NCBI GenBank assembly: GCA_043228905.1 | Contig: JBHGNT010000004.1 | Span: forward strand, 10,912,001-10,976,000 | Direction of reading: 5' to 3' | Origin: Azolla caroliniana | Lineage: Eukaryota; Plantae; Polypodiophyta | Length of the DNA stretch: 64,000 bases | Part shown: one piece after another, positions 1-13,100 of the stretch | How positions within the stretch are numbered: the first letter of the stretch is position 1 | Layout: each line of letters opens with the position of its first letter | Notes under the pieces: generated by a model | What the model saw: the letters and a program-made list of their open reading frames with translations, nothing else | What the model was told of the DNA's origin: nothing | The model's database searches: none | Made by a program: the position numbers and the translations under genes

Positions 1-273
1 GAATCTGGTTTAGATGTCAATACTAGCACCCTATCCTCGAAGGCGACCTTTCACATTACAAACGGTTTGCTCTATCGTAATGGAAAGGTTTGTGTTCTAG
101 ATTTACCAAATGTAAAACATAAAATTCTTCATGAATGTCATGATGCACCAACTGCAGGTCATCCTGGAATACAATGCACACTCGTTCTCATCTCGAGTAC
201 TTTTTTCTGGCCTAAGATGCACTCTAACGTGCATAAATACATAACTTAATGCTTAGAATGTCAGATTAATAAG
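1..273 (+). pseudogene. Ty3/gypsy integrase, N-terminal HHCC zinc-finger part (interrupted by copia insertion)
   Basis: Reads ILHECHDAPTAGHPG...FFWPKM...YIT*CLECQINK and continues in the fragment starting at 6294 (SERLKVVGLLHPL). Confidence 0.9.
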
Positions 274-312
274 TGTAAACGTAAGTGTTTGCGGAAGCGT
301 AAAACAGAGAAC

Positions 313-351
<39 letters not shown>

Positions 352-711
352 TGAGAGAGAGCGAGCGAGAGAGAGAGAGAGAGCAGAACGCAATTTCAAA
401 ATTATATCAGACTCTGTGTACACACTGTGCTAAGTAGCACTATTTATACAAGTCCTTTTGGGACTGACAGAAGTACCATGTACTTCAATGCTCACACGAG
501 CATCTGACACTTACTACGAGACTATAGCTACCTAGTAGTCTATCCTATACTAGGCTTCCGATTGGACTTCCGGTTACGGATTGCACCCGGCCTCCACTGC
601 TTGCCGGTTCGGTTGTTCACCGTAGTACCGATCCATTTCGCCCGATCCGTCTCGCTTACTGGCTCCGGCTTATTCAGCCGATCCGGCTCCGGTTGAGCTT
701 GCCGCTCAACA
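274..711 (-). repeat. 3' LTR of copia family A element
   Basis: Near-identical to 5843-6288 (about 8 substitutions by eye plus a (GA)n length change); adjacent to the PPT. Confidence 0.97.
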
Positions 712-3700
712 CTCCCCCTCAAGCTCAACCTGAGGTGGGGTCGTAGTGTTGACCTCTGTGGCAGTCGGTTCTTCCAACCGACTTCTCCTGGCGTCACTCC
801 GCCTTGCTCGCGCTCCTCGTCCGGTCCAGTCTCGTTTTCCGCGACCCCTTTGGTTCTGCGCGCCTCGACCCTCTCGGTCGGCATGTCTGCTCAATAGGCC
901 CATCTCAGCACTTACGTTGCTGTGACTCCAGCGCTTGCCGATCCGCCGGTTCTCCCACGATGGCAACGACTTCCGCTGTGTCCGTGTCCCCTTGGCCTTC
1001 ACTCGATCCGACTCATCCGGATCCATCTGTTGATCCGAGTCAGCTGTCTCCGACTCGTTCCAGCTCTTGTCCGAATCGGTACACTCCGATTCGACTTCCG
1101 GCTTCAGGCCTCTCACCACATCGGACCACTTCCGAGTCCTGGCCTTCTCCATGCTTCCTTCAGCTTCTTCAGCCGGTGAACCGAAATCGAATTCTTCATT
1201 CGACTCCGCATCATGGTCAGTACCGTCGTGATGACCTCCGCACAACATGCACTTCTCTTCCTGAGTGCACAACTCTTCTTCACAGCCGCTTGCTCCGACC
1301 TGTTCGGATGTGTCGACTTCCTTCGTCGACTCGGCTTCCTTCATCTTCTTGTCTCCTCTTCTTCCGGCTATCCTCTTACCAACGTGTTCAACAGTTTTTT
1401 GGCCTTTGCCCATTTCGGTAGAGACTTTGCCCTTGCTTCTCTCCCTCAAGTGCGGCACGTCGAGATGCTGAATACCAAGCATGTAGGTAAAGTGCTGCAA
1501 CTTGTCCGATCCGAGCGGCTTGGTGAAGATGTCGGCAACTTGCCGATCCGTATGAACATACCGTAGGTCAACTTCACCGCTCAGGACCCGCTCACGCACG
1601 AAGTGGTAGTGCACCTCGATGTGCTTTGTGCGAGCATGGAACACAGGGTTCTTGGCAAGTTGCAGGCTGCTCAAGTTATCGCAGTAAATCGGGATCGGGG
1701 TCGGTACCTCGAGCCGCAAGTCTCGCAGCAGTCGCCGACGCCAGATGGCTTCACAAGTGGCAACGGTAGCGGCCCGGTACTCAGCCTCAATGCTTGACAA
1801 AGCCACTGTGGGCTGCTTCTTGCTGCTCCACGCAACGGTCGCGCTACCTATGGAGAACATGTATCCGGAAGTGGAGCGGCGATCAGACGCATCGCCGACC
1901 CAGTCAGCATCTGTGTAACCGACAATCTCTTCGGGTATACCTCGCCGGTATAGCAGTCCCCGGTCCTTAGTGCCGCTGACATACCGTAATATTCGTTGCG
2001 CGCACTGAAGGTGCTCCACGGTCGGCTTCTACATGAACTGGCTTACCATGCCGACCGGATAGCTGATGTCGGGTCGGGTGATGGTTAAGTACATCAGGCT
2101 TCTCACAACCTGTCGGAACCGTTTCTCATTGCAGGCCGGTCCGGAGTTGGGACGGAGCTTCTGGTTCCGGTCAAGGGGTGTGGAGACAGGTCGGCAATCC
2201 GTCATGCCGAACTTATACAACATATTCAACACGTAATGTCGTTGTGAGAGCAATATGCCGTCGGGGGTCCGGATCACTTCGATCCCAAGAAAATAATGAA
2301 GGTCCCCCAGGTCCTTCATTTCGAATGCGTCCGACAACTGGGACTTGACGCGGTTGATTTCGGGAAGACCCGGTCCGGTGATGACTAAATCATCCACATA
2401 CAAGAGTATACATACCGGACCGTCAGAGCCTTGCCGGATGAACAACGAAGAGTCCGACTTAGAGACAGCAAACCCCAGCTTACGCAACCGGTGCGTGATC
2501 TTTGCGTTCCAAGCTCGGGGGGCTTGCTTCAAGCCGTAAAGCAACTTCTTCAGTCGGCATACCGCCGACTTGTTCATCTCCGATTGAAATCCGGGGGGTT
2601 GAGTCATAAAGACTTCTTCTTCAAGCTCGCCTTGAAGGAAGGCATTCTTCACATCCAGCTGGTGAAGATGCCACCCCCTTGCCGCAACAACCGCCAGTAC
2701 CACACGAACCGTCGTCATCTTCGCCACAGGAGCGAAGGTCTCGTCGTAGTTGATTCCGTGGGTCTGCGCGTATCCCTTCGCCACTAACCGGGCTTTGTAC
2801 CAGTTAACAGAACCGTCGGCGTTGTACTTGACCTTGTACACCCACTTGCATCCGATCGGTTTACAGTGACGGGGAGGATCAACTAGGTCCCAAGTTTCAT
2901 TGGCATCGAGTGCCCGCATTTCTTCGTCCATAGCGGCACGCCAATTTGCGTCCTTTGCCGCTTCTGCGTAGCTCTCCGGCTCACGCACTTCTGTCACTTT
3001 CGTCATGTATGCATAATGATGCGCCATGTATTCATTGTACCCGTACCGCATGACGGGATCCTTCTGGCGGGTTGATCGGCGCAACGCACCGTCACCTGAT
3101 TTGAGGCCCTTCTTGGCCAGTTCGGTCTTCGTTGCCGAAGATCCGCCTTTCTCCTTTCCGGAGTTGGATACGCACCGATCTGACTCATCGTTGCCGGTTT
3201 CGAATTCCGGCATCTTCCTCTTCCCCTTCTCTTTGCGCGTGAACCGTTTCCTCGGTTCCTTGCGCGGGGAGAGCACGGCAGAGTCTCCACCACTTGCCGT
3301 CTCTTCATCCGACTGGTCCAACCGACTCAGTCGCTCATTCGGTCCACTCAACCGTAACGATTCCGGACTCTCATCTTGAGTCCCGGCTTCATCATCCTCT
3401 GCGAGGGTTGATTCAGGCTCATTGGCCTGATCTTCCGGCATTGAGTCGGGATTGGAAGTCGGAGTCAGTATGGAGTACCAGGATGCCGATTCATCGAACT
3501 CGACATCCCGGCTAACTCGGACTTCCTTCGTCCGGGGGTTATAACACTTATACCCCTTTTGCTCTTGAGCATAGCCGACTAGGATGCATTTTTCCGATTT
3601 TGCATCCAACTTTCTCCGCTTCTGATCCGGCACATGCACATACGCTATGCTGCCGAATATCCGAAGGTGTCTTAAGTTCGGCTTGCGCCCGAAATACAGC

Positions 3701-5748
3701 TCATGAGCTGACACCTTGTCACTAATGCGGTTTTGTATGTAGACGGCCGTCTGGACCGCCTCCGCCGAGTAGAACCGGGGCATGCTCTTCTCCTCCAGCA
3801 TTGCCCTTGCCGCTTCGACGAGTGTCCGGTTCTTCCTTTCGGCCACACCATTTTGCTCCGGTGTGTATCTGCAGCTGAACTCTCGCCGAATTCCCTTCTG
3901 CTGCAGATAACTAGTGAATTGGCCGGAAAAATATTCCTTTCCGCCATCCGACCGAAGGCACTTGATCTTCCTCTCCGATTCCCGTTCCACCATCTTCTGG
4001 AGGCTCCGGAAACAGTCGAAGACTTCGCTCTTCCGCTCAACAAGGTAGATCCAAGTATGTCGAGTATAGTCGTCGATGAAGGAGACGAAGTATCGGCTCC
4101 CGCCAAGGCTTACACTTTGTGCTGGTCCCCACACATCCGAAGGGATGAGATTGAGCTTGTTACGGCTCCGGTTCCGTTCGGCGGGGAATGGAAGCCGATG
4201 TTGCTTCCCAAGTTGGCAAGCTTCACAAATTTCAGCTCTTCGGCCGCTGAACTTCGGCAAGCCGAAAACGACTTGTTTCGTTTGCAGGTCTTGAAGCCTC
4301 CGGTAGTTGACGTGGCCTATCCGCTTGTGCCACAGATTGATGTCCGACTTGACCTTCTGTTGTTTCGTGAATAGAGCGGTGCCAAAGTCATTGGTGTTGA
4401 GGATAAACATCCTCCCATCTCTGCGCCCTTGCGCAATGACTTCGCCCTCATCCTCAATGAAGCACCCGAGGTGCGTAAACCGCACCTGCATCCCCTGGTC
4501 GACAATCTGACCGACGGACACTAGGTTCTTCGTGATTGTCGGAATGTGTAATACGTTCATCAGCTTTCCTTTCTGTCCAACGTGGCTTAGAGGGACTTCT
4601 CCGACGTGCACGATTCGGTGAGGAGTGTCATCTCCGGTTTCGACTACTCCTGGTTAATCCGGTTTCTCCAGAAAGGAGAACCACTCTTTGTGGCTCGTCA
4701 TGTGGTTCGACACGCCGAAATCAACATACCACACTTCCTCCATTTTGGAAGTGGTCTTCTTCATTGAGTTTGCCTTGTGATTCATCACCAAGGTTGGCCC
4801 CTTACCGGCCTTTCTGGTTCCGGATCCTCCTGATCCGTTTGCGTAGTGCGAGTTTTGCCGGCCATCCTTACCGGTCTTGACGGATCCAGATTTGTCCGAA
4901 TCGGAACGCTTTCTCCAGCACTCGCTTTCCCTGTGGCCTTTTTTGCCACAGTACCAGCATTCCGTAGCGGATTTGTCTTGCCGACCTCCGGCACCGCCTT
5001 GACTCCCCCTGCTTGTGGAAGTCCCGGAACTGCTGTTGGCACACTCATAGTGCCTCCATTCCTGCTCTTGCCGGCCGCCTCCATTGCGTGCCGACCCACC
5101 TCTTCCACCACGCCCACGGAGCCGATCCGTTCCCGTGTACAGCATTCGGCTGTCCGGGGATGCACTATTAGATGCACCGGCGTGGTTCTCCTCTACAAGG
5201 AGCATCGATTGTAAGTCGAAGAATGAGGGGGTATTCTCCCTTGTACACATCGCAGTCCGGAACGCTCCGAACTTGGACACCAGGCCTCCGAGACATACCT
5301 GCACCATCTCGTCTTCCTCTACGGTAACATTGATAGAGGCGAGCGAGTCGCAGATCTCCTTTATCCGGCCTGTGTAGTCTGCCACGGACATGTTCTTCTG
5401 TCGAACATTGCTCAACTCTTGTCTGAGTTGCAGCTTCCGGGCAGTGGTGCTTGCGGCAAAAACCTTTTTCAGGTTCCCCCAAGCATCCTTCGGTGTCTTG
5501 GCGTCACGGATGTGGCTGAGCAGCTGATCGCCGACACTGGACGCGAAGCAGTACATCACCCTGCTTGCCGCCTGTTCCCATACCGGGAAGTCCTTGTGTG
5601 CCGAGTCTGGCGCCGCATCATTCGCTCCTTCGACATAACTCCAGTACCCGTGTCCAAGCAGGTACTAGTGCATCTTGTAAGACCAGGATGCGTAGTTGCT
5701 CCTGTCGAGCTTCTCCGCCGGGAGCGACGTAGCCATGCCTCTATCCAT
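706..5748 (-). pseudogene. copia gag-pol polyprotein: one frame with three premature stops (about 5666, 4654, 2029)
   Basis: Gag with CWYCGKKGHRESEC knuckle; protease region WYVDFGVSNHMT; WHKRIGH/CEACQLGK; integrase core (SDVWGP, LRSDGGKEY, QNGVAERKNR); RT (KARLVAKG, YVDD); RNase H (GYTDADW, ADIFTKPL). ORFs 4654-5559, 2029-4611 and 706-2019 share one frame. Confidence 0.95.
712..722 (-). other. Polypurine tract (PPT)
   Basis: Minus strand TTGAGGGGGAG directly before the LTR start TGTTGAG. Confidence 0.92.
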
Positions 5749-5830
5749 GTCTTCTACTGTGTCTGTTTTTGACCTGTTAGGGTTTTCTTCTCAAGAGTAA
5801 ATGTCTGCAGCAGAGGTTCTCAACCCTTGC

Positions 5831-5842
5831 GCTCTGATACCA
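5831..5842 (-). other. Primer binding site, tRNA-iMet
   Basis: Minus strand TGGTATCAGAGC immediately after the 5' LTR. Confidence 0.97.
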
Positions 5843-5882
5843 TGTAAATGTAAGTGTTTGCGGAAGCGTAAAACAGAGAACA

Positions 5883-5928
<46 letters not shown>

Positions 5929-6288
5929 TGAGAGAGAGCGAGCGAGAGAGAGAGAGAGAGCAGAACGCAATTTCAAAATTATATCAGACTCTGTGTACAC
6001 AATGTGCTAAGTAGTACTATTTATACAAGTTCTTTTGGGACTGACAGAAGTACCATGTACTTCAATGCTCACACGAGCATCTGACACTTACTACGAGACT
6101 ATAGCTACCTAGTAGTCTATCCTATACTAGGCTTCCGATTGGACTTCCGGTTATGGATTGCACCCGGCCTCCACTGCTTGCCGGTTCGGTTGTTCACCGT
6201 AGTACCGATCCGTTTCGCCCGATCCGTCTCGCTTACCGGCTCCGGCTTATTCAGCCGATCCGGCTCCGGTTGAGCTTGCCGCTCAACA
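5843..6288 (-). repeat. 5' LTR of copia family A element
   Basis: TG...CA ends, TATAAATA on the minus strand, (GA)n tract; matches 274-711. Confidence 0.97.
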
Positions 6289-6293
6289 ATAAG

Positions 6294-6556
6294 TCAGAAC
6301 GACTTAAAGTTGTTGGTCTTTTACATCCCTTAGATATTCCCAACAACAAATGGGAAAGTATCTCGATGGATTTTATTGTTAGTTCACCTCGTACACAGAG
6401 GGGTCATGATGCCATTTGGGTTGTCGTTGACAGACTAACAAAATTGGCTAGATTTATTCCTACCAAAACCACGGTAACCACTCAACAATTGGCTTATCAA
6501 TTTGTTGATGAGTTATTTCGTGATTACTGATGGATATTGTTAGTGATCGAGATTTC
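6294..6556 (+). pseudogene. Ty3/gypsy integrase core fragment (continuation of 1-273)
   Basis: LLHPLDIPNNKWESISMDFIV...IWVVVDRLTKLARFIP, then an IVSDRD-like sequence. Confidence 0.9.
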
Positions 6557-6774
6557 CATAGACACGGGTGGTGCAGGTTAGGTTTTCGTCTCGATGATCG
6601 TGTTTATCTCTTCCAAGGTATTAGTCATCCTAATATCCAGTAGTATGGGACGTCGGTGGTAGGTTGGCTATGTCTAGATCATAGCTTGGGGATGGTCGGG
6701 TGGAACGGGTTCTTCTGTCCACTCTATTTTCCTTCTTTTACTTTACTTTGGTCTATTGATTAGTAATAGACTCT

Positions 6775-8700
6775 TAACAAGGGGGTAACGATTACGCACC
6801 GTAACTTTGTTGAGACTTCGATAATCCACACATAAGTGTAAGGAGTCGTCCTTCTTTTTGACAAATAAGATCGGTGCCCCGACCTGTGATTTGGAGGGAT
6901 GAATGAAGCCCTTCGCGAGATTCTCTGCGCAAATATGTGCGGAGAGCCTCAAGTTCAGGTTCAAATAACCCATAGGACCGAATGGGGGATGCTCACCTGC
7001 TTGGAGTTCGATTGGGCAATCGTAGGGGCAATGAGCCGGTAACCGATCGACATTCCGCTTTTCGAAGATGTCAGAAAAGTTGCTATATCAGACGAGTAAA
7101 TTGTTGTCAAGAACAGTGACATCCCCCGACACAACGACTACTATAGAGACCAAACCTGACTCGACCGCAACGGAATCAAGAGAGTGTCGTGACGTAGCAG
7201 GAATTGGCCCTATTGGAAAAGTGATGGAGCGGTTACACCAATCCACTATCAGATTGTGTGTCTCCCACCAAGATAGCCCTAACACAATCGGATGTCGGGG
7301 GGTTGCAATGAGGTAGAACTTGAGTTCTTCCTAGTGCGCCCCGACTTGAACTACCAACGGGTTAATGGCTTCGGTAACCGCCCCCGAAGAGAGAACCCGA
7401 TCGTCGATTGCTTCAACGGATATGGGTTGTGATGTGCAGACGGTGGGGATATTATGTGCACGGATAAACGATTTATCGATAACGCAAGTAGATGCTCTGG
7501 AATCGAGCAAGGCATGAGAATTTATTGAAGTCGAACCTAAAGAAAGACTTACTTGCAAAGAAAACCCTCCTAATGGTAGAACATACTTGTAGGAGCATGG
7601 AGAAGGTGAGTAACGGGAAGTGTCCAACGACATGGCTCCTACTGCAGCCGACTTCGTCGTTTTCTTGTTGTCGAGGAACCTCCGCAAGACGTGCACGATG
7701 GAATTGGTGCCGCGGGCCCTGCACCGGGCAGTGGTGGATGACATGGCCGGGGTTGCCACAATAAAGACAGAGTCCATTGTCCCGACGATGCTGGCGTTGG
7801 GCTTCCGTTAGTGGTTGGAACCAAGCGTGGTTGATCTACATCGGGGTATGGAAATCGACCTCCTTCGTGGTATGGGTATCGCCGGGTGATGGTAAGGTTG
7901 GCGTTGGAGACAAGTAGGGCCTAGCGATTGATGCGTTTCGGGAAGAAGTTTGAGACCTGTGAGTCCCCTGTTCTTCTTGACGAAGTTCGAAGAGACGATT
8001 GTTACACTGGACAGCTTGGGAAATTACTTGAGACAACGATGTGGGCTCCGGGAAGTTTAAAAGAAGGTTCTTGATGTCATTTCGGAGGCCGCGACAGAAA
8101 TGGTCGCATAGGGCTTGGTCATCCCAACTGACATCGCAGGCAATCTGACGAAACTCTGAGGCGTAGACCGTGGCTGGATGTGAGCCTTGTTGGAAAGAAC
8201 AAAGCTTTGTGAGTGCTGTTCGTCGCCGATCTGTCTCGCCAAATGTCGGTTCGAGCTCCTCAATGAAAGCGGTGAAGTTTTCTAAGAGAGGGGATGACGT
8301 CTTGATAGAAGGTGCAAACCACGCTTGCGCCCGCCCAGAGAGAAGTGTGCAGACAAGCCCAACCGGAGAAAAGTCGCTTGCATACCATTGGGGTTGTAAC
8401 CGGATGATAAGCCAAATTTGGTTGATGAAGCCGCGAAGATACGCCCTCGTGCCGTTGAATTTGTCTGGTAGACTGACGGTTGGTTCGAGGACATATGGAT
8501 TGGAAGAGGACGTGGTTGGGCTCGGTGCCGACGGTGGTTGTGACTCGGTGGGTGGTGGATTTCTTGAAGTTCCAGATTGCAACTCTCGTAATGATTCCCG
8601 AAGGATTTCATTCTCTAGTTGAAGTTGTTGCAAGGGTGTCATGATTTGGTTTAGGTTGTCGACGGAGCTGGACATGGTAGCAAGAAGAGAAGGTGAACAA
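6775..8700 (-). mobile_element. Truncated Ty3/gypsy chromovirus-type (Tcn1-like) element: gag, CCHC knuckle, protease, start of RT
   Basis: Gag ORF 7836-8714 (LPDKFNGTR..LRGFINQ, YASEFRQIA), LCLYCGNPGHVIHHCP at about 7725-7772, protease [44 protein letters not shown]. The lineage call is from recalled motif resemblance. Confidence 0.88.
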
Positions 8701-8702
8701 AC

Positions 8703-8975
8703 TGTCACGGACAAGTATAATAGAGCAATGAGAAGACAAGACTAGAACACAAGAGAGAGGAAAAGAACAAGAACTCAAATTATAGAATCCGTAACTAGTG
8801 TTGTTCACCTTGATTAGAATCAAGGTGCACCTGAGTATTTATACAAGAAGGTAGGGCTATGTAAGCCAGCTAGAAATAGAGTATGCATGCAATGGAGAAT
8901 GCATGAGGATGCATGCAATAGAGAATGCATGAGAATGTGTGCAAGCTAGAAACTTCCAATGTTCAATCTACACTA
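8703..8975 (-). repeat. 5' LTR (right boundary uncertain) of the Tcn1-like element
   Basis: Minus strand ends ...CCGTGACA just upstream of gag; TATAAATA at 8843-8836. Confidence 0.7.
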
Positions 8976-8979
8976 CACG

Positions 8980-10085
8980 AAGTTGGATTTAGTACAAGGA
9001 TGCATAGGTAGATCAATTGGTAGGGTTGCCCAATAGAGACCATGAGGTTTTGGTTTCAATCCCTACCTTCCTCCATGGCATATGTCTATGACACACAAGA
9101 ATTTTGAGGGATGTGCGGTACGTGCCAAAGTTGAAGAAGAATCTCATATCCTTGGGAGTTCTTGAATCTAAGGGCCTAGTTGTGATGATGCGAGATGGAG
9201 TTCTTAAAGCAACTTCATGAGTATTGGTGATGTTGAAAGGCATAAGGAAGAACAATCTGTATTATTACCAAGGCAATACAGTGGTGGGGACAGTGGCAAC
9301 AACTTCAAGTACCAAGAAAGACACTGAAGCAACGAAGTTGGGACTTGCTGGTGAAAACTCTTTGCAAATTCATGCAAAGCAGGGATTGTTGAAAGGCTTA
9401 AAGACTTGCAAACTTGTTTTTTGTGAGCATTGTGTTCTGGGAAAACAACAGAGAGTAAGGTTTGGCACTGCAATTCATAATACCATTAGATTATAATGAG
9501 GTATTTTCTCCGGTTGTAAAACATTCCTCCATTGGAATTTTGTTGCCTTAGTAGTACAATTGTATTTGGAGCTAGTTCAACTTGACGTGAAGACTGTGTT
9601 CTTACATGGTGATTTGAAGGAGGAAATCTACATGACTCAGGTAGAAGGATACAAGGTTGTTGGTAAAGAAGTTCAGGTTTGTAAACTTAGCAAATCGTTG
9701 TACGGATTGAAACAATCTCCAAGACAGTAGTACAAACGATTTGACAAGTTCATGAAGGGTTAGAAGTACAAGAGAAGCAAATATGATCATTGTGTGTATT
9801 TGCGAAATCTTCAAGATGGTTCACACATTTACTTACTCTTATATGTTGATGATATGTTGATTGTAGCCAAGAGTCAAGTTGAGATTGACAAATTGAAGGC
9901 TTAGATGAGTAAAGAGTTCGAGATGAAGGATTTGGGGGAAGCCAAGAAGATTCTTGGCATGGAGATAAGTAGAGATAGAGAGAGGGGCAAACTTTGGCTA
10001 TCACAAAAACAATATTTGAAGAGGATACTACAACATTTTGGTATGTACGATGATACAAAACCTGTAAGTACTTTGATTTCTTACA
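8980..10085 (+). mobile_element. Degenerate, internally deleted Ty1/copia fragment (Tork/Tnt1-like)
   Basis: FCEHCVLGKQ pre-integrase region joined directly to RT ([35 protein letters not shown]); integrase core missing. Confidence 0.85.
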
Positions 10086-10127
10086 TGTGATATCAATCAA
10101 ATAAATATTAGCCAAAAGACTACACAG

Positions 10128-13100
10128 ATGAACCGCTCCATCACACCTGCCTCTACATCAACGCATATGACCAAGGATGCCGCCGCTCTTGCGGTTGCCG
10201 CTGCAAGCGTACACGCAGGTCTGCCTCATGCCTCAGCTGCCTCCCATCATGCTTCCTTACCTTCCTCTTCTCACGCTCCCTTACTTTCCTCTCCCCATGA
10301 ATCCTTGCCTTCATTTGTTGCAGTTACTGGAACAACCACCACATGTATGGCTGATATGAGGGCATGAGGACAGGGGAATAAGACAATGGTGATGCCTGCA
10401 TATTCACTTGTTACTCTAGCACCAAGTGGACATGCAATTCTAGCCGCTAAGGTTGTTGCGTCAAGGTCGCCGGAGAGATCATCTTCTGAAGGAAAGGCTA
10501 GGATTGGAAGAGATAGCAAGAAATCAGATGTGGCAAGAACTTTGCTTAATGGGGTTGTAGGTGATGGTTTGATGAACATTGATGCAGGTTCAAGACAGGA
10601 ACACTCACCACAAGGTCGCGATCAGCTTTATTGGGGCTCCGGTGTAGCTAACCCAGATGCAACTCCTATTTCGGACAACGTGGTTGAACTCTTGTTATCG
10701 GAACAAGATAGAATTCATATTTTGCGAGGATTCAAGTGATGGAAAGGCGGATGATCATTGCACGTGTGTTGGGGATTTATCTATCGCGTGCTAATCTACG
10801 TTTATTGTTACAAGCTGCGTTAAAACAATATGTTGACAACATTGTGGATGTGCAGATGTTAGGAAGGAACTACTATCAACTCGAGTTTGAATTAGATCGA
10901 ATGGTGCCATTTATGTTAGAAAGGAAAGCTATCACAATCAAGGGAGGATGGGTTTCTTTTCACAAATGGATCCACAATTTTTTCGGCAAAACAGGTACTC
11001 CATGAACTTGACTCTCTTTATACATGTATGGTGGTTCTTCCGAACTTGCGTAAATAATGGACAACTTCTATCGCATTAATTGTTGCTACAATTGGTACGG
11101 TATTAGAGGTATATGATATGCCATGAAAAGAAGGAGACAAAATGTTAGGTGTGATGTCAGCTAAGATTCTGGTTTCTAAGGCTACGGTATTGCCGTCTCA
11201 CATTCTGTTGCCCAATTTGTTGGACTCAACGCAGTCTCCGTATTCTCAGAAAATCATGTACCGATGTTTGCCTAATCAATGTTTTCGGTGTTTCGGGTTT
11301 GGCCATTTGGCCAAATATTGTCCTAAGTTTCAAAATGCCTCTCATATAGAGGAGCCCTCTTCAACCATTATTCCATATAAGGCCTCATTTGAAGGATGGA
11401 CTATAGTAGGGAATAGGAAAACATCTCGACCAAGTAAAATTCAACAAGTACAACCTAATAACCTTTAGGAATTTCCTCCCCTTCATAATAAATATCCTTC
11501 AGGTTGATGGTGAGGATCCTCAAGTGCCACTTGCGACAGGTTCATTGATCTCATCGAAGACTGATACATGTCCCCTAGTGACAACAATGCCTTCTAAGTC
11601 ATCTTCTCGGTTGATAGAGGGTAAGCCACCTACCAAAACAATCTCGCCAGATAAATTGAAATAGAAGGAAGATGACATGGAGATTGAAATAGCTCAACAA
11701 GGAAAGCTAGAGTTACATGGGCAGCAGAAGATGGTGGATGTCACTATCCAACAATTAGAGGAAACTGCACCTACACCTACAACTGATAATAACAAAGGAA
11801 AAACTCTTTATGACAAAAAGGACACAATGGAAGTAGAATTGTTATTGATAGAGAAAGAGGCCAATGGTTTCAAGTTTGGATCCTCGAAGGATATGACAGC
11901 AGGCCAAAAGTTGGATAAAGCTGTCAAAGAGCATAGGGTTCATAAGTATGCAGGGAAGGACTTGCTAACAAAGCGACAAATCCGCGCTCAAGAGGGCACT
12001 AAGAAGAGTCGCCAGGATATTCTCCTTGAGAAACGAACATCTTCAAATCATATGTAGTATGAACAAGTTAAATATCCTTTCCTGGAACATGCAAGGCTTG
12101 AGGGGTTAGGCCTTTCCTAGATTTAAAGGACTTATACGGATAGATTTAGATACACCTAATGTTGGTGCAATTGATATTCTTTTTTTGCAAGAGCATCACT
12201 TGTCCAATGATAGGATACGGAGTTATGGTTCCATCCTACTAGGGAGATGGATACATTTTTGGGTCCCAGCGATAGGTCCAAATAGTAGACAAGTTGGTTT
12301 ATGTATGGCTATAAAGAACAATGGGCATCCATCATAGTCTCGACAGGTACTATTTTGAATAAAAGGGCGCAATTTCTTATTCTTCAAATAGGACCTCAAA
12401 AGACTGGTATTATAAATCTATATGCTTCTAACTCGGCCTGAAAAAGAGCTTCCTTTTGGATTTCTCTTTCTGAATACAATGGGTTAGCGGATTCTTGGCG
12501 TGTGGATGGTGACTTTAACATGATTGAAGAAGCATCTGATAGAAGGGGAGGCTCAATCAGTACAATTACAGGCCGAGAAGCTAGAGCTTGGGATTCCTTC
12601 TGTTTCTCTTTTGGTTTATTGGATCTATGGAATATTCACTCCATTTCCCGAATGCAAGGCTCTCTTCATTTCTCCAGGTCAAATGGCAGTGTGGTTGCAG
12701 CTAATTTGGCACGATTGGATAGGTTCTATGCTAGTAGCTTTTTTTGGGAAGCTTCTAGATCTATGGAGATTATTGTTGGGACGGTAACTTCTGATCATTA
12801 TCCATTGAAGTTAAACATTGTATTCACCAAAAGATCCTATCTTAAGCAATTCTGTATCCCGACCTCATTGCTTGCTGATGAAACTCATAGAGTTTCTATA
12901 GCTCAAATCTGGTATAAGTATAGCTTCTCTGATGCCTTTCTGCTCAGAGATATCACTTATGCCATCCTTAATGTCAAGCGCTTCTTCATAAACATAGTTG
13001 CCTCTTCAGTTGATCGATGCAGTGCACATATTGCTAATTTGCGTTGAGCATTGGCTGCAACACAAAAGTTATTGGAAAAATACCAAACCTCACCATTGGC

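Larger units (their letters stand above)
274..6288 (-). mobile_element. Full-length Ty1/copia LTR retrotransposon (family A)
   Basis: Two TG...CA LTRs (274-711, 5843-6288), 5-bp TSD ATAAG at 269-273 and 6289-6293, PBS, PPT and gag-PR-INT-RT-RH domain order. Confidence 0.98.

Noticed and set aside
804-5772. Numerous plus-strand ORFs overlapping the copia pol
   Set aside because: Expected antisense frames in GC-rich coding DNA; not evidently maintained in the other copies.
7836-8714. Domesticated PEG10/RTL-like gag gene
   Set aside because: It is flanked by an LTR and decayed pol and is cut off before its zinc knuckle, so it is an ordinary element remnant.
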